Below, piece after piece: positions 12,464 to 25,050 of a stretch of DNA of 64,000 bases. Position numbers and translations under genes: made by a program. Source of the DNA: Antechinus flavipes (lineage: Eukaryota); NCBI RefSeq assembly GCF_016432865.1, contig NC_067399.1:330460001-330524000 (forward strand), in the 5' to 3' direction. The notes beneath the pieces are model-generated. The model was not told where the DNA came from, did no database searches, and worked only from the letters and a program-made list of their open reading frames with translations. How positions within the stretch are numbered: the stretch's first letter is position 1; every line of letters starts with the position of its first letter.

Positions 12464-12701
12464 TTGAGGTCTGCTAGTAAATGTTTAACAATAGGTTTGA
12501 AAGAGGAAGATATCCATCAAATATTTTTAAGTTTAATATGAATTATTAATATTTTTCATCACTTTCTTAAATCTAGGCAATCAACAAAAGAGTAACTCCA
12601 ATCCTGATTTTTAATTTACTGATTTCCAAGGTCTAAATAATCACTGAAAATTTAATGATCAGATCTCCTGAGTCAATGTAATTGGGCTTTAGGACACCCT
12701 G
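12464..12701. mobile_element. MER63-like (hAT-Blackjack) marsupial MITE
   Basis: gctagtaaatgtttaacaa...catcactttcttaaatctaggcaatcaacaaaa...ctgaaaatttaa...gacaccctg; second copy in opposite orientation at 49735-49995. Confidence 0.75.
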
Positions 12702-12845
12702 GGTCTCTGTCAATGTTTCTGTCAGTATTCTTTGTCAATATGGTTTGTTTGTTTTGGTATGGATCTGTGATTTTATCAGTGTAGGAAGTGAAAATTCCCT
12801 CCATAGATTAAGAACAGTAACTTATTAGGAATTTATAATTTTAGA

Positions 12846-13050
12846 GCAAGGATTCTAAATCGGAGGTCCTTTAAACTTTAAAAACCATTTTGATAATTAT
12901 TTCAAAATAATTGATTTCTTTCACAATCTTAGTACTTTATTTTGCACATTAAAAAAAAATCACCATTATTTTGAGAAGGAGGTCTATGGGCTTCACCAAA
13001 ACTGTGATAAAGGGGTCTGTGACATAAAAAAGATTAGCAACTTCTATCTT
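12846..13050. mobile_element. hAT-Charlie-type MITE
   Basis: caaggattctaaatc...ttttgagaaggaggtctatgggcttcacca...ggggtctgtgacataaaaaagattag. Confidence 0.6.
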
Positions 13051-13231
13051 TGCTTTTCCTGGGTCAGTAAGAGCTCTTGTCCTTTGCTCACAGTCACACA
13101 GCTTAACATATATTATTATCATTAGAACTGAAATTCAGGTCTTACAGTCTGGGGTTCAGCCTTCCCATGACTATGTCACATCATCTCTGTTGTGTGGATG
13201 CATTTATATAAGAAACATATATACTCAAACT

Positions 13232-13470
13232 TGTGGAGCAAGCCTAAAATTCCTGCTCCTGAGTAGGCTGAGACTGATGAATCATTTGAATTTGGGAGTT
13301 TGTAGTTATACAATAGGATTAATGCCAATGAAGTTGAATGAAGTTCAGTACCAATTCTGTGACCCCTCTTCCCAACCCAGGAAGGACTGGAGGGCTTTAC
13401 CAGGCTACCTGAGAAGGGGCCAGCTAGCTCAGGTCCCAAATTGAGTAGGTCAAATCTCCTGCATTGATAG
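13232..13470 (+). pseudogene. 7SL (SRP RNA)-derived retrocopy or SINE
   Basis: Colinear with 7SL: gcctaaaattcctgct...aggctgagactgatgaatcatttga...aagttcagtaccaat...accaggctacctgagaagggg...caggtc...gagtaggtcaaatctcc...tgat; 3' end cut off by a MIR. Confidence 0.85.
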
Positions 13471-13600
13471 GTATCATTATATCATTTTACAGATGAGGAA
13501 GTAGAGACTCAAAAATTAAATAATTTGCTTGTAGTCACAAAGCTATAAGGCATCAGCCAGGGTTTGATTCCAGGTCTTTCCTGATGACAAATCTTGTATT
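13471..13600 (-). mobile_element. MIR CORE
   Basis: cattttacagatgaggaagtagagactc...gtcacaaagcta. Confidence 0.7.
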
Positions 13601-13772
13601 CTTTCCTGTGGCAAAAACAGGTGTCCCATAAGTTGTGGTTTTAAGCTATTAAGATTCAAAATATAAATTAACAAGCATTTACATTTTAACATTGTTATAT
13701 ATATCACTGGTATTTTATTTATGGTCACGGTGGATAGAGTACTCTCCTTGGAGTTAAGAAAACTTAAGTTCA

Positions 13773-14462
13773 TATGCCCAAAGGACTATCAAACTATGCA
13801 GACCCTTTGAACCAGCAGTGTCTCTACTGAGTCTATATTCCAAAGAGATTATAAAAAAGGGAAAAGGACCCAAATGTGCAAAAACGTTTGTAGCTGCCCT
13901 TTTTTGTAGTGGCAAGAAACTAGAAACTGAGTGGCTGCCCATTAGTTGGAGAATGCTGAATAAGTTATGGTATATGAATATTATGGAATATTATTGTTCT
14001 ATAAGAAATGACCAGCAGGATGAATTCAGAAAGCCTGGAGAGATTTACATTAACTGATGCTAAGTGAAGTGAATAGAACCTGAATATCATTATACACAGC
14101 AACAGCAGGATTATAAAATGATCAATTCTAATGGATGTGGCTCTTTTCAACAATGAGGAGATTCAGGCTAGTTTTGTGATGAAGAGAGCCATCTGCACTT
14201 AAAAAGAGGACTGTGAGGACTGAGTGTGGATCACAACATAATATTTTCACCTTTTTTTAAATTATTGTTTGCTTGCATTTTATTTTTCATTTTTTTCTTT
14301 TTGATCTGATTTTTCTTGTGCACCATGATAATTGTGGAACTATACATAGAAGAATTGAATATATTTGCAATATATTATATATATATAGTGAATATATTCA
14401 TAAAGTTTTGCAAAGGTGAATGTTGAAAATTATCTATGCAGGTGTTTTGAAAATAAAAACCT
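13773..14462 (+). mobile_element. L1 3' end (ORF2 C-terminus and 3'UTR)
   Basis: ORF ...YSKEIIKKGKGPKCAKTFVAALF; preceded by a SINE head at 13722-13772; no poly(A) tail. Confidence 0.9.
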
Positions 14463-15229
14463 TTACATTTTTACATTCAAAGGTTCTGATAAAGGCCTCA
14501 TTTCTAAAATATATAGAGAATTGACTCAAATTTATAAGAAATCAAGCCATTCTCCAATTGATAAATGGTAAAAAGGATATGAACAATTTTTAGATAAATT
14601 GAAACCATTGCTAATCATATGAAAAGGTGCTCTAAATCACCATTGATAGAGAAATGCAAATTAAGACAACTCTGAGATACCACTACATACCTCTCAGATT
14701 AGCTAAGATGACAGGAAAAGATAATGATGAATATTGGAGGGGATGTGGGAAAACTGGGACACTGATACATTGTTGGTGGAATTGTGAACACATCCAGCCA
14801 TTCTGGAGAGCAATTTGGAACTATGCTCAAAGAGCTATCAAATTGGCATACCTTTGACCCAGCAGTGTTTATACTGGGATTATATCTCAATGAGATCATA
14901 AAAGAGGGAAAGTGACCCACATGTGCAAAAATGTTTGTGGCAGCCCTCTTTGTAGTGGCCATAAACTGGAAACTGAGTGGCTGCCCATCAATTGGAAAAT
15001 GGCTGAATAAGTTATGGCATATGAATGTCATAGAATATTATTGTTCTATAAGAAAGGATCAGCAGGATGATTTTACAGAGGCCTGAAGAGACTTACATGG
15101 ACTGATGCAAAGTGAAATAAGCAGAATCAGGAGGTCATTGTACATGACAACAACAAGATTATTCAATGATCAATTCTGATGGACATGGCTCTTTTCAACA
15201 ATGAGCTAATTGATGCCAGTTCCATTGAT
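14463..15229 (+). mobile_element. Second L1 ORF2 C-terminal fragment, head-to-tail with the previous one
   Basis: ORF MQIKTTLRYHYIPLRLAKMTGKDNDEYWRGCGKTGTLIHCWWNCE (L1 Cys-rich domain). Confidence 0.9.
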
Positions 15230-15249
15230 CAGAAATTCCCCTTTCTGGT

Positions 15250-16805
15250 CATAATATACTGGCTTTTCACCTCTCCTTCTGCCTTCCCTTAAAAAACCTT
15301 ACTCTTCATCTATATCATGACTTCCAATCCCTTTTCCCCTCAGCTCTCTCCCAGGCCATTTCCCCTGTACACATTCCTCTTTTCCCCTAAGAATCCCTTG
15401 ATAGATAAGACAATTTAATTGCCAGATTGAATGACCTTTTCTTTATCCTCATTCTCCTTGATCTCTCTGCAACCGTTGACCCTGTTGATTACTCTTTTCC
15501 TCCTTTCCTTCTCTGTAGGTTTTTTTTTCTCCTGGTTCTTCTCCCACTTACCTGACTGCTCCTTCTCTGTCCTTTTTGCTGGATCCTCATCCAGAACAAG
15601 CTCTGTAACTACAGGTGTCCCACAGGGTCATCCTGGTCCCTCTTTCCTTCTCCCTGTTAACTCCTTCTCATCCGCTCTCATGGATTTAACTATCATCCTT
15701 ATGTTGGTAATTTTCAAGCTACCATCTTTCCCCAAACTCTCTATTGACTTCCAATCTCACATCTCCAACTATCTTTCAGACATTTTGAACCAAACATCTG
15801 GGACAACAACAAACATTTTAAATGCAATACACCCCAAACAGAACCCATTATTTTCCCTTCTAAATTCTCCCCCCTCCCACTTTCCCTGTTACTGCAGAAG
15901 GTGACATCATCCTGCCAGTCCCACAAGCTCACAGCCTAGGAGTTATTCTACATTCTTCACTGTTTCTCAGTCCCCCTATTGAAGCTGTTGACAATGTCTA
16001 TTGATTTCACCTTTGCAACATCTCTTTAATTTGCTTCTTTCTCTCGTATGACACTGCCACTACTTTAGTATAGGCCTTCATCACCTTACACCCTGATGAT
16101 TGTAATAGCCTGGTAGTAGGTCTGCCTACCCCAGTCTCTCTCCATTCCAATTCATCTTTCATTCAGCTCTTAAAGTGATTTTCCTAAAATGTAAGTCCAA
16201 TCATGTCAACCCTCTATTCAATAATCTCCAGTGCCTTCTTATTGCCTTCAGGATCAAATACAAAATGCTATTTGGCATTCGAAGCCCTTCATAACCTAGC
16301 CCCCTCCTATTTTTCTGATCTTCTTGTATGTTATTCTCTAACATATACTCTTCAAATCGGCAACACTGGCCTCCTGCCTGTTCCATGAATAACACATTTC
16401 ATCTCTAAGCTCTGGGGATTTTCTCTAGTTATACCCCATGCCTAGAATGTCCTCTCTTCTCAGCTCCAACAGTTGACCTCTCAGACTCCCTTTAAGCCTC
16501 AACTAAAATCCCATTTTCCACAGGAAGTCTTCTCCTATCACTCTTAATCCTAGTGCCTTCTCTCTCTTAATTATTTTTACTTATCCTGTATGTAGCTTGT
16601 TTTATATATTCTATATATTTCTTTGCTTACTGCTACATATACATATATACACACATATATTATCATTACATATATATTTGTTTACTTATTACTTATTGCC
16701 TTCCCTCATTAGATCATCAGCTCTTTTAGAGCTGATTTTTTTGTATTCCCTGCACTTATCATAGTGGTAGGCATTTAGTAAATGTTTATTGATTAATTAA
16801 TTGAT
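15250..16805 (+). mobile_element. L2 LINE (RT region to 3' end)
   Basis: RT remnants ILLDLSATVDPVDY and TGVPQG; 3' tail ggcatttagtaaatgtttattgatt. Confidence 0.9.
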
Positions 16806-17197
16806 CAAGAATGAATGCCCTTATGCTCTGAGAAGACAAATCATTCCCCTTGTTGACAACTGTAAGGAGAAAGAACATCTCACTTAGTGGTATTTTAAGC
16901 AGGAATGTCCACTTCTGCCCTCTCTTTTCTTCCCATTTGCAGAACTTGTCAGAAGTATTAAAGTCTTTGCCTATAGGAGTAGAGGAGAGAGCTGGTGCTC
17001 TTTTCATGCTGACTAATCCAAATGGCAGCTCAGATCATAGCTAAAGTATATATCTGTAGAAAGAAGCTGGATTTTAGAACTTTGGCTGCTGCTTCTGTTT
17101 GTGCCTTTTCTTGGAATACAGGTGACTGAATATCAATCTCTAGGTGGACATATGGAGCGTTGGAGGCAGCCTTATGAGTTTAAGAAGTTGGGAGACA

Positions 17198-17870
17198 AAG
17201 AAATCATAAAAAAGGGAAAAGGACCCAAGTATGCAAAAATGTTTGTAGCAGCCGTTTTTGTAGCAACAAGGAATTGGAAACTGAGTAGATGCCCATCAGC
17301 TGGGTAATGGCTGTATAAGTCATAATATATGAATGTTATGAAATAGTATTGTTCTATAAGAAACGATCAGCAGGATGATTTCAGAAATGCCTGACGAGAT
17401 TTACAAGAACTGATGCTGAGTGAAGTGAGTAGAACCAAGAGAACATTGTACAAGTACAAGAAAATTATGCAATGGTGAATTCTGATGGATGTCTCTTTTC
17501 AATAATGAGGTGATTCAGGCCAAACCCAATAGACTTGGGTTGGAGAGAGTCATCTGCATCCCGAGAGAAGACTGTGGGGATTGAGTGTGAGTTGCAACAT
17601 AGTATTTTCACGTGTTTGTTGCTTTTTGCTTGCTTTCTTTTAATCTTTCTCATTTTCCCTTTTTTGATTTGATTTTTCTTGTGCAACATGATAAATGTGA
17701 AAATATGTATAGAAGAATTGCACATGCTAAACATAAATTGGATTACTTGTTGTCTAGGTATGGGGAAAGGAAGGAAAAAAAATGGAACACAAAGTTTAGC
17801 AAAGGTGAATGTTGAAAACTATTTTTGCACGTTTTTTGAAAATAAAAAGCTATTATTAAAAATTAAAAAA
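17198..17870 (+). mobile_element. L1 3' end
   Basis: KEIIKKGKGPKYAKMFVAAVFVATRNWKL followed by 3'UTR and A-rich end. Confidence 0.9.
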
Positions 17871-18256
17871 TGTAAACAAAAAGAAATAAATTGTATAGCA
17901 TAGATTAGGTATAGAATGACTATTTCATTTTACACAGAAGAAATGCTAAACCTAAAAGATAGAAGTGGACATAGAAAATTTAAAGTTTTTCTTTCTCTCC
18001 CTTTCCTGGGAAGTTGAATCTATCATGAAGCAGATTGGAAGACTACTGAAGAGATGCTTAACTTTTCACTTCAGTTCTGTACCATCTTCCTCAAAGTAGA
18101 TGTCTTATAGCAAGTCAGCTATTGAATTCATCCCTCTGCTGGTGGACAGCTTCTCCTTTAAGAAATGCATTGATGGTTATAGAGTGGAGTCTCTATGTAC
18201 TGACAGATTCTTAGAAACAGATTTTCCAGATTCTCCCAACTTTTTTGGAAATTATT

Positions 18257-18541
18257 ATTATTTTTAATAATTATAACTTTTTATTGACAGAATCCATGCC
18301 TGGGTAATTTTTTACAACATTATCCCTTGAACTCACTTCTGTTCTGACTTTTCCCCTCCCTCCCTCCATCCTCTCTCCCAGATGGCAAGCAGTCCTATAC
18401 ATGTTAAATATGTCACAGTATATCCTAGATACAATATACGTGTGCAGAACTGAACAGTTCTCTTATCTCACAGAAAGAATTGGATTCAGAAGGTAAAAAT
18501 AACCCGGGAAGAAAAACAAAAATGCATACAGTTTACATTCA
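18257..18541 (-). mobile_element. Short 5'-truncated L1 with TSD
   Basis: Same 3'UTR type as 4796-5548; TSD ggaaattatt at 18247-18256 and 18542-18551; right copy runs into a canonical TTTT/AA endonuclease site. Confidence 0.9.
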
Positions 18542-19184
18542 GGAAATTATTTTTAAATACAATTTAGTACTTTTCAATTCCTGTCTTTTAAGGAGACATT
18601 AGACATGAACTAACTGAAGCATTAAGTGATGGGGGAGCTAGGATGGAGGTATAAATCACCGAAAATGAGGCTTATTCCTTCTTTTCCTTAACTTGGCTCC
18701 TCCAAGTCCGAACCTGATCAACTCTCACCCAAATCCTAAGCAGAAGAATCCCATAATGGAGGACAGGGCACAGGACCCCAACCCTTGAGCCCAGGCTATA
18801 GCATTAAACACTAGCATTATAGCCCAGACTATAGTATTTAACTATAGCATTATGGATACATATGATCTTCCTTTGCTCTATGATGGCAGGGGCCATTGTA
18901 CATTTTTGCTTCACATCCCCAAGACCAAGATAGCACCTATTGCACAGCAGATTCTTAACAATGCTTGTTGCTTGATTGTTCTATCTGGTTGTCAATTTTC
19001 TTATACATGAAATGAGGGTACTTTATCCATTAATGTATTTCTTGGAGCTAAGAGATTTATTTTTCATTTTCTATCATAAGATCCAAATATCCATGCAAAT
19101 TGCCCACTTAAATAGAAGATAACTTTTCCGATTGCATTCTTGACTGCTTGCACTATGCTGTTCCTCCTTGGCTTCAGTTTTTTT

Positions 19185-20808
19185 TTTTATTATAGCTTTT
19201 TATTTACAAGATATATGCATGAGTAATTTTTTAGCATTGACAATTGCAAAACTTTCTGTTCCAATTTTTCCCCTCCTTTCCCCTACCCCTTCCCCCAGAT
19301 AGCAGGTAGACCAATACATGTTAAATATGTTAAAGTATATGTTAAACACAATATATGTATACATATTTATACAGTTATCTTGCTGCACAAGAAGAATCAG
19401 ACTTAGAAATAAGGTAAAATTAACCTGAGAAGGAAATAAAAAATGCAAGCAGACAAAAACAGAGGGATTGGGAATGCTATGTAGTGGTTCACACTCATTT
19501 CCCAGAGTTCTTTCAATGGGTGTAGCTAGTTCTCTTCATTATTGAACAAATGAAACTGATTTGGTTCATCTCATTATTGAAGAGAGCCATGTCCGTCAGA
19601 ATTGATCTTCATATAGTGTTGTTGTTGCTGTGTATAATGATCTCCTGGTTCTGCTCATTTCACTCAGCATCAGTTCATGTAAGTCTCTCCAAGCCTCTCT
19701 GAAATCCTCCTGCTGGTCATTTCTTACAGAACAATAATATTCCATAACATTCATATACCACAATTTATTCAACCATTCTCCAATTCATGAGTATCCATTT
19801 ATTTTCCAGCTTCTAGCCACTACAAACAAGGCTGCCACAAACATTTTGGCACATACAGGTCCTTTTCCCTTCTTCAGTATCTCTTTGGGGTATAAGCCCA
19901 GTAGAAATACTGCTGGATCAAAGGGTATGCATAGTTGGATAACTTTTTGGGCATAGTTCCAGATTGCTCTCCAGAATGGTTGGATTTGTTCACAGTTCCA
20001 CCAACAATATACCAGTGTCACAATTTTCCCACATCCCCTCCAACATTTAGCATTGTCTTTCCCTGTCACTCTAGCCAATCTGACAGGTGTGTAGTGGTAT
20101 CTCAGAGTTGTCTTAATTTGCATTTCTCTGATTAATAATAACTTGGAGCATCTTTTCATATGGCTACAAATAGTTTCAATTTCTTCATCTGAAAATTGTT
20201 CATATCCTTTGACCATTTATCAATTGGATCTTATAAAGTAGAGTCAGTTCTCTCTATATTTTGGAAATGAGGCCTTTATCAGAACCTTTGACTGTAAAAA
20301 TGTTTTCCCAGTTTGTTGTTTCCCTTCTTATCTTGTTTGCATTAGTTTTGTTTGTACAAAAGCTTTTTAATTTAATATAATCAAAATTATCTATTTTGTG
20401 ATCAATAATGATCTCTAGTTCTTCTTTAGTCATAAATTCTTTCCTCTTCCACAGGTCTGAGAGGTAAACTATCCTATGTTCTTCTAATTTATTTACAATC
20501 TCATTCTTTATGCCTAGATCATGAACCCATTTTGACCTTATCTTGGTGTACAGTGTTAAGTGTGGGTCAATGCCTAGTTTCTGCCATACTCATTTCCAGT
20601 TTTCCCAGCAGTTATTGTCAAATAGTGAATTCTTGTCCTAAAAGCTGAGGTCTTTGGGTTTCTCAAACACTAGATTATTAAAGTTATTGACTGTTTTGTC
20701 CTGTGAACCTGACCTATTCCACTGATTAACTAATCTATTTCTTAGCCAATACCAGATGGTTTTGGTGACTGCTACTTTATAATATAGTTTTATATCTGGT
20801 ACAGCTAG
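19185..20808 (-). mobile_element. 1.6-kb 5'-truncated L1 with 17-bp TSD
   Basis: 143-aa ORF2 C-terminal ORF at 19785-20216; TSD ttggc(t/c)tcagttttttt at 19168-19184 and 20809-20825 (1 mismatch). Confidence 0.95.
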
Positions 20809-21099
20809 TTGGCCTCAGTTTTTTTACTTAAAGTGAGACCTATGTAAGACACTACTTGCCGCTTATTACTTTCCTTATTTTTCTTTTTATTCATGTTATG
20901 TGTGAGCACCTTGAGAGAAATGCAACTGTAGAAACCAATAAACAAAGCGTCATCTCTGTCAATCAACATCAAAGGATTTTAAATACAAAGAATATTTCAA
21001 GTATATGTGCTGAGATGTTCATTATTGCAAAACTGTATTTCCCCCAGTTTTTCTGGTGGTGACAACTAATGGCAAATGATGATGGAATTGTCTCATGAG

Positions 21100-21260
21100 A
21101 ATCAGTTAACAAAAAACAATATGCTAGGCATTGAGAATGCAAAGAAAGGCAAAAGGATGTTCCCTGTCCTCCAGAAACTTGCATTCCAATAGGGAAGACA
21201 ACATTGAAAGACACATATGTATGTTCATCATATATGTAATATAATATAATGTAATCTCAA
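21100..21260 (-). mobile_element. L2 3' tail
   Basis: atgctaggcattgagaatgcaaagaaaggcaaaaggatgttccctgtcctccagaaacttgcattccaatagggaagacaaca. Confidence 0.65.
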
Positions 21261-22094
21261 AGGAAAGGCAGAACCTGATACTGACTTAGGTTGGGGACCA
21301 TGAGGGTAACATACTATTTGTGATCAGATTCAGTTGATGTGTCGGTTCATTTTGCTGAATTACTTTTGTTCTCTTTTGTTATTTTTTTGTCAAAAGGCAT
21401 GACTTTTGTTTTAATATGTAATAGGGGAAAATAAAATATTATTAAATAAAAAAAGGAATGACTTGCTAGGAAAGATAGGGGGAGAAATATAGATGACTAT
21501 TGTGGTTTCTTAAATACTTATTCCTAAGTTGGTATCACAGTTTCAGGTTACCTAAATGTTTGAATTCAGAATAATCAGCAAATTGATTGAAGTTTAAAAC
21601 ATTTTTTAAAAAAATCAAATAAAACATAAAACATTTTTTTAAGAGGAAGAATGTCCAGACCTATCATTTTATCTATGTAGAGACTCCTGGTATGAGAATT
21701 TCTTCTACTGATAAAGATTGATAAGTAACATATAAGAGTAAATAATTGCCCATTAAAAAGTATATTGTCACAGGCCCAAGTCTCCCTGACGTTAAAGCTA
21801 CTACACCAGGGATGCTTTTCATTTTTAAAAAAGAAATTTTTATCAAATAAAAAAAACATTTGATCCATGTATCCCTAATGTATATAAAAACAGTTACTAA
21901 TTTAATTCATCACTTATACAGAGAATTCTCATAATTTTTACAAAAAATTGAATATTTGGTATCCAAATCTTCCATAATTGACAACATTGCCATATAAGTA
22001 TTTATTTTTTCTGTGTAGTTAGGTTAGATGACCAAGTATCATTTGAGAGTCCAAGCAATGTAAATCTCATTAGCTATCAGTCCAAGTCATAAAT

Positions 22095-22260
22095 CATAGA
22101 TTTAGGGCTAGAAGGGCCCTTATAAGTAAGTAATCTTGTCCATTCACCTCATTTTTCTAATGAGGAAATAGAAGCCCAGAGTGTTAGATATGCAAATTAG
22201 ATAGGCCGAGATTACACAGTTAGATTGTAGCTGATTCTAAATCCAGCATTCTCTCCTTGC
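22095..22260 (-). mobile_element. MIR3-like SINE
   Basis: catagatttagggctagaaggg...cctcatttttctaatgaggaaatagaagcccagag. Confidence 0.65.
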
Positions 22261-22371
22261 ATGATTCTATCATTCTATTATGATTCATCAAAGCAATATA
22301 GTATAAGTTCCCCAAAATCATGTTCTTTAGCTGGAAGAGATATCTAATTATTTTACAATTAAGACAATTTA

Positions 22372-22518
22372 GGACAGCTAGATGGCACAGTGGGTAGTGA
22401 ATTGGCCCTGGAGTCAGAAGGGCTGAATTCAAATTCGGTCTAAGACACTTAGAACTTGTTTAGCTGTGTGACCCTGGGCAAGTCATTTAATCCCAATCAC
22501 CTGGCAAAAGAACAACAA
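22372..22518 (+). mobile_element. WSINE1-type SINE
   Basis: ggacagctagatggcacagtgg...gctgtgtgaccctgggcaagtcatttaatcccaat. Confidence 0.85.
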
Positions 22519-22780
22519 TTGAGAAAACTGAGTCCCAATGAGGTTACAGATGGAAAGTGAGAGGAACAGGACATCTTTGATTTCAGAAACAGCATTTGGA
22601 TTAATAAATTGTGAGTGTAATTTCTGGGACAAAATATATACCATTGCCTTCTGTTCATTTATTTAACATTCATAAGCATTGACTAGATGCAAAGCACTGT
22701 TTGACCATTGAGGTGATACATTTAAGAAGCAACAGAGGAGCTGAATAGAAAGATTTCAACTCAAACCCACTTATCTAAAG

Positions 22781-22975
22781 CCTAGCTTCTTGAACTATGG
22801 TTCATGACCCCATATGGATTCTCATAACTGAATGTGGGAGTCATGAAGTTATGATTTGTTATCAACTCAAGTTTGATCTGTATACCTATTTTATACCTAT
22901 ATATACAAGTCAGGGTTATGTAAAAAATTGGGAGATGTAAAGGGATCAAGAGTGGGAAAAGTTTAAGAAACTCTG
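22781..22975. mobile_element. hAT-Charlie-type MITE with 8-bp TSD
   Basis: Same family as 7400-7590; TSD atctaaag at 22773-22780 and 22976-22983 (NTCTAGAN-like target). Confidence 0.85.
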
Positions 22976-24589
22976 ATCTAAAGCATATAAGCTTCCAATC
23001 CAATTTTGTTAAATCTCCATATTGTCCCACACAAGCATATACATCTCTATACACGGCTGGTATGTCATTTACCCATCTGAGCCTCTGGTAGAAAATAAAT
23101 ATGAAGAGTTAACATTTTTGCAAACTGACAAGAAGATAGAGAAACAGGTATGAGATGTCTTTAATGAGGATGTTTCATACAGTTTTATTTATCTCAAAAG
23201 GTACAGTAAATGTTATGGAGGAAGAAATAAAGCCCTCTTTAGATAACAGCAAAATGATTTAGTGCATTTAAAACACACACACACACACACATACATTGTG
23301 GCTATTGCTAATTAATTTTGAGGGGAGATGTACACAAAAAAGTAATATTTTGACCAATTGTCTGAAATAACACATACTTTCATTGAAAATGGTTAATTAG
23401 GAATTGAGCTCTGAAGTTAATTTCTCGAAGGTCAGCTGCTGCTCTATTGGGCCCTGTGACCCTGTCTCAAGTAATCACAGCATTAACATACAAGGTTATA
23501 GCTTTCCTTTCAGTTGATGACATAATCTCTTTAATTGGTGTCAGGAGGCATGCTTATGAAAGAACCATGCAAAACACCTAGAGACTATAATTTTACTCTC
23601 TCCATTCACAGGGCAAATGAAACAAGCCTTAAGAATGTACTAGAGACTCATTACCACGCCTGAGGTTGTCAACACAAAGCCCTCACATTTCAACCCAGGG
23701 CATTCGGGATGATCAATTCTATTTACTTCTAACTTCTCCTGGTGAACTATTAACCTTTCCAGTCAAACTTGTGAATAGTAAATGTCAGATAATCCTTGCG
23801 GGAAAATGTACAAGGAACAGTTTAGGGAGGAAGGATTTGTGTGCAAAAAGGAACATTTGATTAAATATTGAGAGAGGAACCCTAGTACTTCTGTGTGTTC
23901 TCAATAGGACTCTCAGTGGATGTAGAAGAAGTTGAATATTTTTTCAATCAACAAGCTTTTATCAATATTGACTGCATGCGGAGGGCTCGGCTAGACTTGG
24001 GCAAGACAAAGACCAAACTGAAATGTTCCCTGCCCTCTAACCTTTTCCACATCCTTCTACATAATTGTGCTCAATAAAATCATTTACAACCAATCGCCTA
24101 GGTTCTGTATATGGCCTCAGGTTTTTATTTGAGAGTTAATATTTACCTTTGTATGAAGTGTACCTGCTTGTGTTAGGTCAAGGTTACTAAGAAAATGGAA
24201 GCTGTTTGCTCTGAGTTTCCTCTTTTCTCCTGCACTTCATCTCAATACATTCATGACATTCTCCTCTTTTTTCTCTTTTCTTTCTCCAGTCTCTGACAAT
24301 GAAATGATCCTTCCACTAAGGCCAGTCCTTCTACATGTACTTCTACAGCAGCAAAAATCCCTGCCCTCATCTAATCTTCAACATTTTTCTATCTCCCAGT
24401 TTCTTCCTTGGTAACTTCAAACATATTTATCTCTTTGATCCTTAAAAGACCTTCATTAGACCCTACCATTTGTTTCAGTCAGAGTTCTAGGCTTCCACAC
24501 TTATCGCCTCCACTTCTTTTCTTTACTCCTCATGCCTTTGCATATTGGCTTCTGACTTCATCACTCAACAGAAACTTTTGTCTTCACAA

Positions 24590-24935
24590 ATTGTCTGTGT
24601 CTGTCTGTCTGTCTGTCTATCCCTCCCTCCCCACTCTTCTCCATCTCTCTCTCTGTCTTCCTCCCTGTCCTCCTGTCCCCTCCCCCACTTTCTCTGTCTC
24701 TGTTTCTTTCTCTCCCTGTTCCCACCCTCTTTCTTTCTCTCTCTTTTTCTCTGTCTTTCTGTCTCTCACTGTCCCTCTATTCCTCTTCCTGTTTCCTTCT
24801 TCTCCCCCGCCCCGTTTCTGACTCTGTCTCTCTCTGTTCCCCTGTCCCCCTCTTCTTCTCCCTCCCCCTCTCTCTTTCTGTCTCTGTCTCTGTCTCTCTA
24901 TCTCTCTCTGACTCTGTCTCTCTTTTTTCTCTTTT
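24590..24935. repeat. ~350-bp degenerate (CT/GTCTCT)n polypyrimidine tract
   Basis: Visible directly; produces spurious F/S/L/P and E/R/T ORFs. Confidence 0.95.
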
Positions 24936-25050
24936 CTTTGGCAGTGGGAACAGTGGCTTGCCCAGGGTCACACAACTAAGTATCTGAGGCTGGATTTGAA
25001 TTCAGGTATTTTCTTACTTTATCTACTACACTACTTAACTATCCCTCAAT
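24936..25050 (-). mobile_element. WSINE1-like SINE
   Basis: gtggcttgcccagggtcacacaactaagtatctgaggctggatttgaattcagg. Confidence 0.75.

Noticed and set aside
16921-17044. Strong splice acceptor (ctctcttttcttcccatttgcag) followed by a short open frame
   Set aside because: All frames stop within 34 codons, no good donor, peptide unrecognised
24408-24979. 137-144-aa S/L/P/F-rich ORFs (similar ones at 56997-57432)
   Set aside because: Translations of CT/GA simple repeats
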